A stretch of 64,000 nucleotides of DNA from an uncultured Phycisphaerales bacterium (GCA_963755915.1 CAVWLP010000002.1:1984001-2048000); one strand, 5' to 3'; counted from the stretch's first letter, positions 38,588-49,146 are shown. The notes: generated by a model from the sequence alone, not told the origin. Program-made: numbers and translations.

Positions 38588-39661
38588 TCACCCGCCATCC
38601 GACGCGTCGATAAACCCCTCGATCTGCTCCGCCGAAATCCGCCGCACATCCTCCCCGCGCACCCACGCCTTATACCACTGCGCCGTCAATTTCAGCCCCG
38701 CCGCCAGGTTCGTCCGCGGCCGCCACCCCAGCCGCTCGATTGCCTTGCCCGCGTCCAGCTTCAAACACTCCGTCTCATGCGGCTGCCGGGCCGGCGACCG
38801 CGCCCACGCCGCCCCATCCCCCCAGTGCCTCACCATCTCATCCACGATCCACTTCACAGCCACCGCATCCGCGTCCGGTGGCCCAAAATTCCAAGCCTCC
38901 GCAAACGAAATCCCCTCCTCCACCAATCTCCGCGCCAATCTCAAATATCCCTCCAGCGGATCCAGCACAAACTGCCACGGCCTCACCGAATCCGGATTCC
39001 GAATCACCGCCTCCTTTCCCGCCACGAACGCCCTCACCAAATCCGGCACCAGCCGATCCTTCGCCCAATCCCCGCCCCCGAGCACGTTCCCCGCCCGCGC
39101 CGAAGCGATTGCCGTCGTGCTCCCCCCGAAAAACGAAGCCCGATACGCCGCCACCGCCAATTCCGCGCAGGCCTTCGAGCTCGAATACGGATCGTGCCCC
39201 CCCAGCGGTTCATTCTCCCGATATCCCCGCGGCGATTCATGATTCTCGTAACACTTATCCGTCGTCACCACCACCACCGCCCGAATCCCCTCTCCCACCT
39301 GCCTGACGGCCTCCAGCAGATTCACCGTCCCCATCAAATTCGTCGCATACGTCCCCACCGGATCGTGATAGCTCTCCCTCACCAGCGGCTGCGCCGCCAG
39401 GTGCATCACCACCTGCGCTTCCGATTGCCTTAGCACCTCCGTCAGCCCCGCCAAATCCCTCACATCCCCAATATGCGACGCGGCCAATTCATGCACCCTG
39501 GCCAAATCAAACAGATTCGGCTCCGTGGGCGGCTTCAGCGAATATCCATAAACCCGCGCCCCCAGCCGCTCCAGCAGCACGCACAGCCACGCACCCTTAA
39601 ACCCGGTGTGCCCGGTCACGAAAACCCGCCGATCGCGCCACCAGTTCGATTGCCCCGTCAT
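38588..39661 (-). CDS. rfbG: CDP-glucose 4,6-dehydratase
   Basis: [41 protein letters not shown] and RPWQ motifs. Confidence 0.96.
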   Translation of the reverse strand: MTGQSNWWRDRRVFVTGHTGFKGAWLCVLLERLGARVYGYSLKPPTEPNLFDLARVHELAASHIGDVRDLAGLTEVLRQSEAQVVMHLAAQPLVRESYHDPVGTYATNLMGTVNLLEAVRQVGEGIRAVVVVTTDKCYENHESPRGYRENEPLGGHDPYSSSKACAELAVAAYRASFFGGSTTAIASARAGNVLGGGDWAKDRLVPDLVRAFVAGKEAVIRNPDSVRPWQFVLDPLEGYLRLARRLVEEGISFAEAWNFGPPDADAVAVKWIVDEMVRHWGDGAAWARSPARQPHETECLKLDAGKAIERLGWRPRTNLAAGLKLTAQWYKAWVRGEDVRRISAEQIEGFIDASDGG

Positions 39662-40431
39662 TTCCAAACCCTCCAGGGCGCTTCGCCGCGGTTCCACAAA
39701 TCTTCCAGATAATTCTTGTCGCGCAGCGTATCCATCGGATGCCAGAAATCCCCATGCTGATACGCCGCCAACTGCCCCTCCCGCGTCAATTTCTGCAGCG
39801 GCTGCCTCTCCCAAACTGTTCCCGCCCCCTCGATATAATCCATCACCTTCGGCGACAGCACAAAAAAGCCCCCATTGATCCAAGCCCCATCCCCGTGCGG
39901 CTTCTCCACAAATTTCCCCACCAGTTCACCCGCCAGCTCCACGCTCCCAAACCTCCCCGGCGGCTGCACCGCCGTCAATGTCGCCAGCTTCCCTTGCGAT
40001 TCATGAAATTCCAACAGCTTCCTGATATCGATATTCCCCACCCCATCCCCATACGTAAAGCAAAACGCCTTCTCCTTCTCCACAAACTCCCGCACCTGCT
40101 TGAGCCTCCCGCCCGTCTGCGTCTGCTCCCCCGTATCCACCAGCGTCACCTTCCAGGGCTCCGCATGACGATGGTGCACTTCCATCCGATTCGCCGAAAT
40201 ATCAAACGTCACATCGGATGTATGCAAAAAATAATTCGCGAAATATTCTTTGATGATATACCCCTTATACCCCAGGCAAATCACAAACTCATTCACGCCG
40301 TAGGCGCTATAAAGCTTCATGATATGCCACAGAATCGGCTTCCCCCCGATCTCCACCATCGGCTTTGGTTTGACGGCGGTCTCCTCCGAAATCCTCGACC
40401 CCACACCGCCGGCCAGAATCACCGCTTTCAT
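39658..40431 (-). CDS. rfbF: Glucose-1-phosphate cytidylyltransferase
   Basis: [37 protein letters not shown] and [11 protein letters not shown] motifs. Confidence 0.97.
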   Translation of the reverse strand: MKAVILAGGVGSRISEETAVKPKPMVEIGGKPILWHIMKLYSAYGVNEFVICLGYKGYIIKEYFANYFLHTSDVTFDISANRMEVHHRHAEPWKVTLVDTGEQTQTGGRLKQVREFVEKEKAFCFTYGDGVGNIDIRKLLEFHESQGKLATLTAVQPPGRFGSVELAGELVGKFVEKPHGDGAWINGGFFVLSPKVMDYIEGAGTVWERQPLQKLTREGQLAAYQHGDFWHPMDTLRDKNYLEDLWNRGEAPWRVWK

Positions 40432-40472
40432 CCCACGTTTTCATACCACATTTCCCCCCCCAAGGCGATAAA

Positions 40473-41443
40473 ATGCCGCCGCCCGTGCCCCGGCCCCCAG
40501 ACCTCTCCATCCTCATCGTCAACTGGAACGGCGGAGACATGCTCCGCAACCTCCTCGCCTCCATCGAAAAAACCCGCGGTAACCTCGCCGTAGAAACAAT
40601 CGTAGTCGACAACGCCTCCACAGACTCCTCCCTCAACGCCGCGGCTGACTTTCCCAACACCACCCTCCTCCGCAACCCCCAAAACCAGGGTTTCGCCCGC
40701 GGCAACAACCAGGCCGCCCGCGCCGCCAACGCCGAATTCCTCCTCCTCCTCAACAACGACACCCTCGTCCGCGAAAACGCCCTGCAGTTCCTCACCCAAT
40801 TCCTCCGCGACCACCCCCAGGTCGTCGCCGTCGGTCCCAAGCTCATCGGCGCCGACGGCAAACCCCAGCGCTCCGGCCGAAACCTCCCCATCTTCCCCGC
40901 GCTACTGAATTCGATCACCCTATTAAAATGGACCGGCCTCTTCGCCCCCGCCTACCGCCGCTACCGACGCCAGGGCTTCGACCCCGAAAATCCGCCCGCG
41001 CCCCCCAACTCGCCGCAGCCGCCCTGATGATCCGGAGAAACACCTTCGAAAAAATCGCCGGCTTCGACGAAGGCTTCGCTTTCGGCGTCGAAGACGTAGA
41101 CCTCTGCCTCCGCCTCCACGAATTTGGCGAAATCCATTACCTCTCCGAAGCCCAGATCGACCACCTCGGCCGCGTCACCTCTCGCGCCAACCGCCCCTTC
41201 GTCTACCGCTCCTACGAATGCGGCTGGGCCAGATACCTCAACAAACACCACGGCTACTCTGCCGCTCTTCTCTACAAATTCCTGGTAACGATAGACATGC
41301 CCCCGCGCCTGCTCATCCTCGCGATTCAATCCGCCATCCACTCCCTCACCGGCAAACCGGAAAAAGCCCAGCGCTCCGCCGACCTCTTCAAAGCCGCCCT
41401 CTCTTTCGCGCTTACCGGCCTCCCCACCTTCTGGACGAGCTGA
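40473..41443 (+). CDS. GT2-family glycosyltransferase (frameshift near 40990)
   Basis: SILIVNWN, VVDNASTD, GFARGNN and LLLNND, then GFDE...EDVDLCLR in the second frame. Confidence 0.88.
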
Positions 41444-41490
41444 ATCAACAATTTCCCGAAACGCCCACGGCGCCGCCGTGGGGGGAATTC

Positions 41491-42298
41491 CTAACCCACA
41501 CCAAACATCTCCCCAATCCTCCCCCCCACATCCCCGCTCCTCATCAGTTCCTCCCCAATCAGCACCGCCGCCACCCCCGCATCCTTCAGCTTCCGGATAT
41601 CCTCCCTCGACCGAATCCCGCTCTCGCTCACCAGCACGCGCCGGTCTTCCACCAGCTCGCACATCCGCAGCGTCGTCCCCAAATCCGTCTTGAACGTCCG
41701 CAAATCCCGATTATTGATCCCCAGCAAACTATAGCTCCGGTGCGGAAACCCAATCACCCGGTCCCTCACCCGCATCAGATTGTCCAGATCATGCACCTCA
41801 ATCAGACACGTCATATTCAATTCCGTCGCCAGGATCTGAAGATCAATCAGAACACTCGTCTCCAGGCACTCCGCGATGAGCAGCACCGCATCCGCCCCCG
41901 CCACCCGCGACTCATAAACCTGGTACGGATCGACCACAAAATCCTTTCGCAGCACCGGCAACCCCACCGCTCCCCTCACCGCGCAGATCATCCAGCTTCC
42001 CCTGAAAATATTTCTCATCCGTCAAAACGCTCAGCGCGTCCGCCCCTCCCGCCTCATACTGTTTCGCGATAGCCACCGGATCAAAATCCGCCCGAATCAC
42101 CCCCGCGCTCGGCGAAGCCTTCTTCACCTCCGCGATCAGATTCAGCGCCTTTTTCCCCGGCGTAGTCACCGCCTGAAAAAAATTCCGCGGCCGCTCCAAA
42201 TCCCGTACTTTCCCCTTCAGCTCCTCCAGCGAAACCCGCCCCTTCGCCGCCGCGATCTCCTGCCGCTTGGTATCGATGATTTGATCGAGGATACTCAT
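41491..42298 (-). CDS. trpC: Indole-3-glycerol phosphate synthase (frameshift near 41985)
   Basis: [37 protein letters not shown] and LIGE motifs. Confidence 0.95.
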
Positions 42299-42319
42299 TT
42301 TGCCTTTTCACCCTTTGTC

Positions 42320-42361
42320 TCCCGCCCCCGGTACGCCGGGGGGAGGGCAGGGGAGGGGGTC
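42320..42361. repeat. REP-like element
   Basis: tcccgcccccggtacgccggggggagggcaggggagggggtc; same family as the element at ~2411. Confidence 0.55.
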
Positions 42362-42413
42362 TTCTTCGTGGGCTTTGGACTGCCCCGGCCGAACTCTAAA
42401 TCGGATCGCCTGA

Positions 42414-43238
42414 ATGTCAAACCCCCTCCTTATTCCCCTCTGGTCCGCCGCCTCAATCCTCATTGCCGCCGCCCTCGGCGTCTTCAAACGCTCCTCCATC
42501 CTTGGCCCCCGTCGCCTCGACGCCGATGAATCTCCTCAAATCCTTCTCGTCTCCATCGGCTTCGCCCTCTCCGCCTGGGCCCTGACCGTCCTGCTCCTCG
42601 GCCAGGCCCATCAACTGGTCCTCAAACATCAGAAGCTCCCACCAACGAACAATCTTTCCGACTCCGAAACCGTCGTCTATAGCGCCGGGATGGACGTCGC
42701 CGTCTTCTGCGCCAGTCTCTTTGCCTCCCGCGCCACCCGCCGCGACGCGCTCGGCCGCCTCGGCCTTTCGCCCCGTCGATTCCCCTTCGGCATCCTCTCC
42801 GGCGCCTTCTTCCTCCTGCTCATTCTCTCCCTCATGCTCTGGCTCAACGAGCTGACCGAATGGGCCCTCGACCGCCTCGGCAAATCCCCGCCGCCCCACG
42901 AGCTTCTGGAAATCCTCACCTCCAATCCCCCTCCCTGGCTGCGCTTCGCTGACATCCTCGCCGCCGGACTCTTCGCCCCGCTGGCCGAAGAGCTCTTCTT
43001 CCGCGGGCTGCTGCAAACCTTCCTCCGCTACACCCTCAAACTCCCCTGGCTCGCGGTCATCCTCGCCTCCATCGCCTTTGCCCTTTTGCACCCATGGTGG
43101 ACCTGGCCGCAGATCTTTTTCCTGGGCCTCTGCCTCGGCTACGTCTACGAACGCACGGGCAACCTCTGGACCACCATCGCCATCCACTCCCTCTTCAACC
43201 TCACCTCCATCTGGGCTTTTACCCACCTGGGGTCCTGA
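42414..43238 (+). CDS. CPBP (CAAX/Abi) family intramembrane glutamic endopeptidase
   Basis: AEELFFRG, FALLH and HSLFN motifs; multiple TM helices. Confidence 0.92.
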   Translation: MSNPLLIPLWSAASILIAAALGVFKRSSILGPRRLDADESPQILLVSIGFALSAWALTVLLLGQAHQLVLKHQKLPPTNNLSDSETVVYSAGMDVAVFCASLFASRATRRDALGRLGLSPRRFPFGILSGAFFLLLILSLMLWLNELTEWALDRLGKSPPPHELLEILTSNPPPWLRFADILAAGLFAPLAEELFFRGLLQTFLRYTLKLPWLAVILASIAFALLHPWWTWPQIFFLGLCLGYVYERTGNLWTTIAIHSLFNLTSIWAFTHLGS

Positions 43239-43256
43239 TCTGATATAAATTATTCC

Positions 43257-44237
43257 ATGCCTCCCACCCCCAAACGCTTCCTCGTCACCGGCGGCGCGGG
43301 ATTTATCGGCTCACACCTGGCCGAGCTTCTCCTTTCCCGCGGCAATGCGATTACCATCCTCGACGACTTCTCCACAGGGCACCCCGAAAACCTCTTGAGC
43401 ATCAAAGCCAACCCGAACGTCCAAATCATCCACGACTCCGTCGAAAACGACCGTGCCGTCAACATCGCCATCTCTTCCTGCGACGCGGTCTTCCACCTCG
43501 CCGCCGCCGTGGGCGTGCAGCTCATCGTCGACCAGCCCGTCCGCACCATCCGCTCCATCATCCACGGCACGGAGGTCGTCCTCGAAGCCGCCCAGCGCTT
43601 CGGACGGCCTGTGCTCATCACCAGCTCCTCCGAAGTCTACGGCCGCGGCGCCCGCGTCCCTTTCGGCGAGGACGACGACGTCGTCGTGGGCCCCACTCGA
43701 TCTTCTCGATGGTGCTACGCATACAGCAAAGGCATCGACGAGTTCCTCGGCCTGGCGTATCACAAGGAGCACGGCCTGCCCGTCATCATCACCCGGCTGT
43801 TCAACACGGTGGGGCCGCGGCAGGTGGGGATGTATGGGATGGTGCTGCCTCGCTTTGTGTCGGCCGCCCTGAAAGGCGAAGCGCTACAGGTCTACGGCGA
43901 CGGCAAACAGACGCGCTGCTTCTGCCATGTCGCGGATATCACGGCTGCGCTGGCCTCCCTCATGGAAAAGCCGCAGGCCGTGGGCCAGGTCTTCAACCTC
44001 GGCAGCGACGATGAAATCCAGATCGGCGAGCTGGCCCGGCGAGTGATCGCGATCTGCAAGTCGTCCAGCAGAATCGAATTTATCAGCTACGCCCAGGCGT
44101 TTGGGCAGAGCTTTGACGACACGCAGAGACGCGTGCCGAAGCTCGAGAAGATCCGCTCGGTGATCGATTTCCGGCCGCGTTTCAGCGTGGAGCAGATCAT
44201 TGAATCCGTGAGGGATAGCCTGCAAAAAAATCGGTAG
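43257..44237 (+). CDS. NAD-dependent nucleotide-sugar epimerase/dehydratase
   Basis: TGGAGFIGSH, HLAAAVGV, SSSEVYG, YAYSK, RLFNTVGPRQ and DGKQTRCF motifs. Confidence 0.92.
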   Translation: MPPTPKRFLVTGGAGFIGSHLAELLLSRGNAITILDDFSTGHPENLLSIKANPNVQIIHDSVENDRAVNIAISSCDAVFHLAAAVGVQLIVDQPVRTIRSIIHGTEVVLEAAQRFGRPVLITSSSEVYGRGARVPFGEDDDVVVGPTRSSRWCYAYSKGIDEFLGLAYHKEHGLPVIITRLFNTVGPRQVGMYGMVLPRFVSAALKGEALQVYGDGKQTRCFCHVADITAALASLMEKPQAVGQVFNLGSDDEIQIGELARRVIAICKSSSRIEFISYAQAFGQSFDDTQRRVPKLEKIRSVIDFRPRFSVEQIIESVRDSLQKNR

Positions 44238-44299
44238 CGGGGAGTGCGGTACATAAGGTAACAGTCCAGAACAAGCTGGGGGATTTGGGCGAAATGGGC
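44234..44299 (+). repeat. Dispersed intergenic repeat, copy B
   Basis: Core 44245-44280 is 32/36 identical to 11914-11949. Confidence 0.75.
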
Positions 44300-44373
44300 G
44301 GGCGCTTTTTTGCGATTTGATTACTATCAAGTCCGCCCGGGACTTGTCGTTCCGGGGGTCCTCGGGCCGGCGG

Positions 44374-45396
44374 TCAAAATCCGCTTATCGTCACTTTGCC
44401 GATTGCTTTGCCGCTTTCGGACAATGCGTGCGCTTTCTTCAGGTTCTCGGCGCTGATGGGGCTGAAAGTCTGCGTCTGCGTGGAGCGCAGTTCACCTCGA
44501 TCGACGAGGCCTGAAACCCGGTTGAGCAATTGTCCCTGCTCGGCCATGTCCGCCGTTTTCCACATCGAGCGGGCGAACATGAATTCCCAGTGGAGCGACG
44601 CGGACTTTCGCTTGAGAGGCACCACATCCAGCGACTCCGGGTCGTCGATGAGGCCAAGCTTTCCCTGCGGAGCCAGGATCGCCACCAATTGCGGAAAGTT
44701 TCGAGCGGTCGCGGTGAGGCTGGCGATAAATTTCACCGGCGGCGCCGGCAATGCGTTGACCTGCTCAGCCAGCGGTTTGGTGTGATCGACCACGTGGTGG
44801 GCGCCCATTTCCAGCACCCATTGCACGGTCTGCGGCCGCGACGCGGTGGCAATGACGGTCAGGCCGGTAAGGTGCCGGGCAATTTGTACGAGGACGGAGC
44901 CGACGCCCCCCGGGGCGCCGCTGACCAGCAGCGACGCGCCACTCTCGCCCTCGCGCACGCCAAACCGATCGAACAGCAATTCCCAGGCGGTAATGCTCGT
45001 CAAGGGAAGAGCGGCCGCCTCGGCAAAGCCGATCGTTTTCGGCTTGCGTCCGACGAGGCGTTCGTCGACGGCCTGAAATTCCGCGTTTGAGCCGGGGCGG
45101 TCCAGTTCACCGGCGTAGTAGACTTCGTCTCCGACAGCAAACGCGCTGACGGCGTCGCCTTTGCCGACAACGACCCCCGCCGCATCCCAACCGAGGATGC
45201 GGGGTTTTCCGGACGTATCCGACGCCGAGCCCTGATGCCGCGCGCCCCGCACTTTCGTATCCACGGGGTTGACCGAAACGGCCTGCACCCTGACGAGTAA
45301 ATCCCGCGGCCCGGGCTGTGGCTGCGGCAGATCCAATTCCACCAGCGAGTCCGGCGCGTCGATCGGCAGAGGCCGGGTAAATGCGATCGCTTTCAT
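44374..45396 (-). CDS. Zinc-type alcohol dehydrogenase-like / quinone oxidoreductase (MDR family)
   Basis: SVNPVDTK, LGWDAAG, AAALPLTSITAWE, GAPGGVGS and HWEFMF motifs. Confidence 0.92.
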   Translation of the reverse strand: MKAIAFTRPLPIDAPDSLVELDLPQPQPGPRDLLVRVQAVSVNPVDTKVRGARHQGSASDTSGKPRILGWDAAGVVVGKGDAVSAFAVGDEVYYAGELDRPGSNAEFQAVDERLVGRKPKTIGFAEAAALPLTSITAWELLFDRFGVREGESGASLLVSGAPGGVGSVLVQIARHLTGLTVIATASRPQTVQWVLEMGAHHVVDHTKPLAEQVNALPAPPVKFIASLTATARNFPQLVAILAPQGKLGLIDDPESLDVVPLKRKSASLHWEFMFARSMWKTADMAEQGQLLNRVSGLVDRGELRSTQTQTFSPISAENLKKAHALSESGKAIGKVTISGF

Positions 45397-45521
45397 GGTT
45401 TCTCCTGCGCCAAGTGTACAGGTTAGAAACGGAAAGGGAAAAGACACTTTACATCGCCGGACTAAAGGATTGTGTCACATTCGTTGTCGCGGTTGCTTCC
45501 GCATAACGCCGTTCGGCCAAA

Positions 45522-45974
45522 TCATTTCCCCGGCGGAGGCAGCACCTCCAACTCATACTTCTTCGCAATCTCCAGCACTCGCGAAATCTCCTTCTGCTGC
45601 GTCGCCGACAGTGCGCCGATATCTTCAAAGAACCCCTCGAACCCCGCTGGCGTGATAACGCACATCAGCCGGCCCGGCGCCGTCCCAAGGTAGCGATAGG
45701 TATGAGCCACTCCTCTGGGCCCGAAAACCGTGTCCCCTTTTTTCGCGACGAATGTCTTTCCGCCGACCGTCCATTCGTACTCGCCTTCGATAATCTGAAA
45801 GGTCTCATCTTCGCGGTGGTGAACATGCGGCGGCGGGCCGCCGCCGGGCACATCGTGCGACTCAACCACACTCAAAATTCCGCCCGTCTCGCGACCGTGA
45901 ACGCGTATTACCATCGGAATTCCAAGAACCTGAAGTTTTTTGCCGCCGGCAGAAGGAATGTGAATCGGTTGCAT
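45522..45974 (-). CDS. Cupin-domain protein
   Basis: GPPPHVHHREDETF and PRGVAHTY cupin motifs. Confidence 0.9.
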   Translation of the reverse strand: MQPIHIPSAGGKKLQVLGIPMVIRVHGRETGGILSVVESHDVPGGGPPPHVHHREDETFQIIEGEYEWTVGGKTFVAKKGDTVFGPRGVAHTYRYLGTAPGRLMCVITPAGFEGFFEDIGALSATQQKEISRVLEIAKKYELEVLPPPGK

Positions 45975-46219
45975 GGTGGCCGTGCTTGTATCAGGCGGTG
46001 AAACGCCGGTAAAGGTCATCAGGCCCGAGCCGCCGAGGCGCGGTACAATGTCGACTGATGAAACGCATCCGCCGACAGGTTTTCAACGTGCTTGCGGCCA
46101 TTTCGCTGTTGCTCTTTGCGGGTCTTGTCGGCGATAGGGTTTATATCTTCAGACGCCCTGTCGCTTTGCCTCCGCCACCTCCTCCCACCATGACAACGAC
46201 CAATGTGAACGGTGTCTGA

Positions 46220-46489
46220 GTATTCAACTATCAAGAGACATCACTCGTCGCCGTTCGGCCATTCTTCCACGTATTGGGATGGCGCATTCAGGTGGGCATA
46301 GCATTCATTTCGACCATAGCGCTCCCCCTCTGCTGGATCGTGGTGCGATACCGTGAAGCGCGAGCCATTCGTAATCTTCCGGGCTCATGTCGAAACTGTG
46401 GCTACGATCTCCGTGCCACGCCGGATCGTTGCCCGGAGTGCGGCGCGGTCCCGCCGAAAAGAGAAAGTGATTTCGAACTGACCCGCTAG
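46220..46489 (+). pseudogene. 3' part of a membrane + Zn-ribbon (CGYDLRATPDRCPECG) family gene
   Basis: TM helix followed by CRNCGYDLRATPDRCPECG. An in-frame stop at 46217 cuts off the 5' part. Confidence 0.75.
46467..46489 (-). repeat. IS1-like terminal inverted repeat, degenerate copy 1
   Basis: gtgatttcgaactgacccgctag; 19/23 identical to 47950-47972. Confidence 0.6.
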
Positions 46490-46608
46490 GACGTCGCGAA
46501 ACGTGCACCCCTGCGGGGCCGGGGTTTTGAAGGAAGAGGGATTCCAAGGCCGGCAGGACCCTTAAAATTGTGGCTCGTATCCCCGGCGGTTCACTCGAGT
46601 CATCGAGA

Positions 46609-46637
46609 TTGACAAGTGACAATAATCACTTTACAGA
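46609..46637 (+). promoter_or_regulatory. higBA promoter with overlapping operator
   Basis: TTGACA-17 nt-TACAGA, with an inverted repeat AAGTGA-caataa-TCACTT in the spacer. Confidence 0.7.
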
Positions 46638-46646
46638 GTATCATGG

Positions 46647-46925
46647 ATGATCAGAAGCTTTAAGCATCGCGGTCTCAGGAAGCTGTTTGAGCGCGACGAG
46701 AAGCGGGGAATCCGGCAGGATTTGCTGGAAACTGTCGAGGACATTCTCACTCGCCTGGATGCCGCCACGGGACCGCAAGGCTTGAATCTTCCCGGCTATC
46801 GCCTGCATCCGCTCAAGGGCGATCTAAAAGGTTTCTGGTCGGTGACAGTTCGGGCGAACTGGCGGATCATTTTCCGATTCGAAGGAGAAGACGCCTTTGA
46901 CGTTGAATTGACGGACTATCATTGA
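46647..46925 (+). CDS. higB: HigB (RelE/ParE superfamily) toxin
   Basis: [10 protein letters not shown]...[31 protein letters not shown]...DYH. Confidence 0.95.
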   Translation: MIRSFKHRGLRKLFERDEKRGIRQDLLETVEDILTRLDAATGPQGLNLPGYRLHPLKGDLKGFWSVTVRANWRIIFRFEGEDAFDVELTDYH

Positions 46926-46938
46926 AAGGAGAATCCCC

Positions 46939-47241
46939 ATGCCGATGAAAAACCCACCCCATCCGGGTCGAAGCATCCGAAACACCTGCCTTGAGCCTTT
47001 GGGGTTGTCCGTTACTGAGGGGGCCAAGGCGCTTGGGGTGACGCGGCAGGCGCTCAACAATGTCATCAATGGCAAGTCTGGAATCAGCCCGGAAATGGCC
47101 ATTCGACTCACCAAAGCGTTCGGCAGCACGGCGGAGACCTGGTTGCAAATGCAGCTTGCGTATGACCTGGCGCAGGCCAGGAAGCGTGAGGATAAAATTA
47201 AGGTACGCCGTCACCGGACGGATGAAGTTCGCGCCGCTTAG
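46939..47241 (+). CDS. higA: HigA HTH antitoxin
   Basis: [10 protein letters not shown]...[17 protein letters not shown]...ISPEMAIRL...[10 protein letters not shown]. Confidence 0.95.
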   Translation: MPMKNPPHPGRSIRNTCLEPLGLSVTEGAKALGVTRQALNNVINGKSGISPEMAIRLTKAFGSTAETWLQMQLAYDLAQARKREDKIKVRRHRTDEVRAA

Positions 47242-47306
47242 AAAATGTTTCATAAGCTCGCGCGGCCACTGCTCGCGGCTGGCGATATCACTCATGGGTC
47301 GCTTGA

Positions 47307-47363
47307 GCCGGCATGGCCGATTATGTTTGGGAGATTGAGGAATTGATCGGGCTTCTGGATTAA
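47307..47363 (+). pseudogene. Extreme C-terminal remnant of an IS1-like transposase
   Basis: Reads AGMADYVWEIEELIGLLD*, matching the recalled tail (TPAM.AG..DH.W...E...LL) of IS1-like DDE transposases. An in-frame stop lies just upstream. Confidence 0.65.
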
Positions 47364-47383
47364 CACCCTGTTGGAATGTCAGT

Positions 47384-47953
47384 GTGAAACGCCGCTTATT
47401 CAATGTGATGGCGGGACTGTCGCTGGTGCTTGCGTTCGTTGTATGCATTCAGTGGTATCGCGGCTACCAAGAACAGGATCAATTGTCGATCCGGCGTTAT
47501 GTCGGCGTGCGCGAACATCCGACCCAAGAGCAATTCGGTGTTGTTTGCTGCCAAGGGGCGTTCTGGCTCGAAGCAAGCTGGCAGCGGTCCGACACAATAA
47601 ACGCTGCGCCTTCATTGCTTCTGAATTGGCAGCAGCAGTTGGGCCTTGGCTGGCGCGTGCGCATCGGAACCTACTCCAACCCCTTCTATCCTTCGTTGTT
47701 TCGCACCGGCTGGATTCACAGATTTGGCTTTCACGCTTCCCACGACAACCGTGCCGTCGATGTCGTGATACCCATGTGGTTTTGTGCATGTTGCACACTC
47801 GCGTTGCCCATAGCGTGGATACTCTTTGCTCGAAGCCGTGTCCTTCGAGTGCATTACCCTGGTGCAAAGCCCTGCCCGCAGTGTGGGTATGATCTTCGCG
47901 CCACGCCCGATCGCTGTCCGGAGTGTGGAAAATCCGTCGAAAAAACTATTTGA
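47384..47953 (+). CDS. Two-TM membrane protein with a C-terminal Zn-ribbon (CGYDLRATPDRCPECG family)
   Basis: MKRRLFN..AGLSLVL...W.R.Y N-terminus, variable middle, IPMW TM helix, CPQCGYDLRATPDRCPECG. Confidence 0.88.
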   Translation: MKRRLFNVMAGLSLVLAFVVCIQWYRGYQEQDQLSIRRYVGVREHPTQEQFGVVCCQGAFWLEASWQRSDTINAAPSLLLNWQQQLGLGWRVRIGTYSNPFYPSLFRTGWIHRFGFHASHDNRAVDVVIPMWFCACCTLALPIAWILFARSRVLRVHYPGAKPCPQCGYDLRATPDRCPECGKSVEKTI

Positions 47954-47973
47954 TTTCAAACTGACCCACTACC
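47950..47973 (-). repeat. IS1-like terminal inverted repeat (GGTAGTGGGTCAGTTTGAAATC on the minus strand)
   Basis: ttgatttcaaactgacccactacc; the reverse complement begins GGTAGTG, fitting the IS1-family GGnnnTG end. Confidence 0.7.
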
Positions 47974-48305
47974 GAAATTTCGGGAGACATGACCAGTCGT
48001 TGGCCCCTAAGTCGGGGACCACGGTTCTTGGACGGCACGAAACGCGCACCGCAGCGTGGGTAGGCGATACGCTTTGGGGGGTTGCGGCTAAAACGGGGAG
48101 GGGGATGTATCGTCGTTGTGGTCGCCGATTTGGAACGCCTATGCGTGAGAGTCGCTTCGCAAGTTTTTCGGCTATTTTTAGAAACCCTCACTTTTTCCAC
48201 GCTCCCGACTTCGTTATACTACGCGAACTTACTCACGTCATTCATGGCCAAAGTTCCATTTAGGATTAATCAAGCGGGGCTGACACCAAAGTTCACGGAG
48301 GATAT

Positions 48306-48918
48306 GTGTTCAACCGCCTCGTCTCGTATGTGAGAAAAAAAATATACCTGCACCGGGCGCGCTGGACGGCCCGCCATCTGGCCCCATTCATCGGGCCCAA
48401 CGATCGCGTCCTGGACATCGGCGCCGGCGACTGCCGATTGGATGAGCTGCTTCAGCGAAGAATCGGCTGCGAAATCGTCCCGGTCGATGTCGAGGACTTC
48501 AACGAAACCAATCTGCCGATGACCCTGTTCGACGGCAAGCGGCTTCCCTTCGACGACAACAGCTTCGACGTTGTCCTGCTGATTTTCGTCCTGCATCATG
48601 CCCAGGACGTGAAGGCCTGCCTTGAGGAAGCGCAGAGTCGCCAGGGGAAGCGTCCTGGTTTTCGAGGACGTGACGACAAATCTCTGGGACCGATTCCTCT
48701 TCCGGATTTTTCATCGCTGGCTGGATTGGTGGGAAGGCATTTCCTATCCCTATCGCGAATGGTCGCAATCGCAGTGGACGGAACTGGCCGGCAGCCTCGA
48801 TCTGGGCGTGGCCGCGTGCGTTCCGCTGAGCAGCCAGCTCTGGAAATTTTCCTGCCGGCACGTGGCGTTTGAGTGGAGAAAGCTGAAAGGGGCGGGAGCG
48901 GTTCCATCGGCGGGCTGA
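48306..48918 (+). CDS. Class I SAM-dependent methyltransferase (frameshift near 48635)
   Basis: VLDIGAGD and LPFDDNSFDVV...VLHH, continuing RVARGSVLVFED in the second frame. Confidence 0.85.
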
Positions 48919-48958
48919 AGTGACTGTGTATCGTCTGCGTTTGCGAACACATCGGATT

Positions 48959-49093
48959 TTTAACCGCCAAGACGCCATCAATGCGAAGAAATGCGTTCAA
49001 ACCACGGATTTCACGGATGACGCGGATTTCAAATTCAATCCGTGAAATCCGTGTAATCCGTGGTTCTCTTTTTCTTCGCGCTTGGCGGTTAAA
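48959..49093. repeat. Nested palindromic (REP-like) elements
   Basis: Outer arms tttaaccgccaag / cttggcggttaaa (13 bp perfect). Inner arms of three 9-nt units: aaccacggatttcacggatgacgcggatt / aatccgtgaaatccgtgtaatccgtggtt. Confidence 0.85.
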
Positions 49094-49146
49094 GGCTTTC
49101 GGTCATCAGGTGAGGCTGACCGACTAAGGCGGTACAATTTGCGCCG

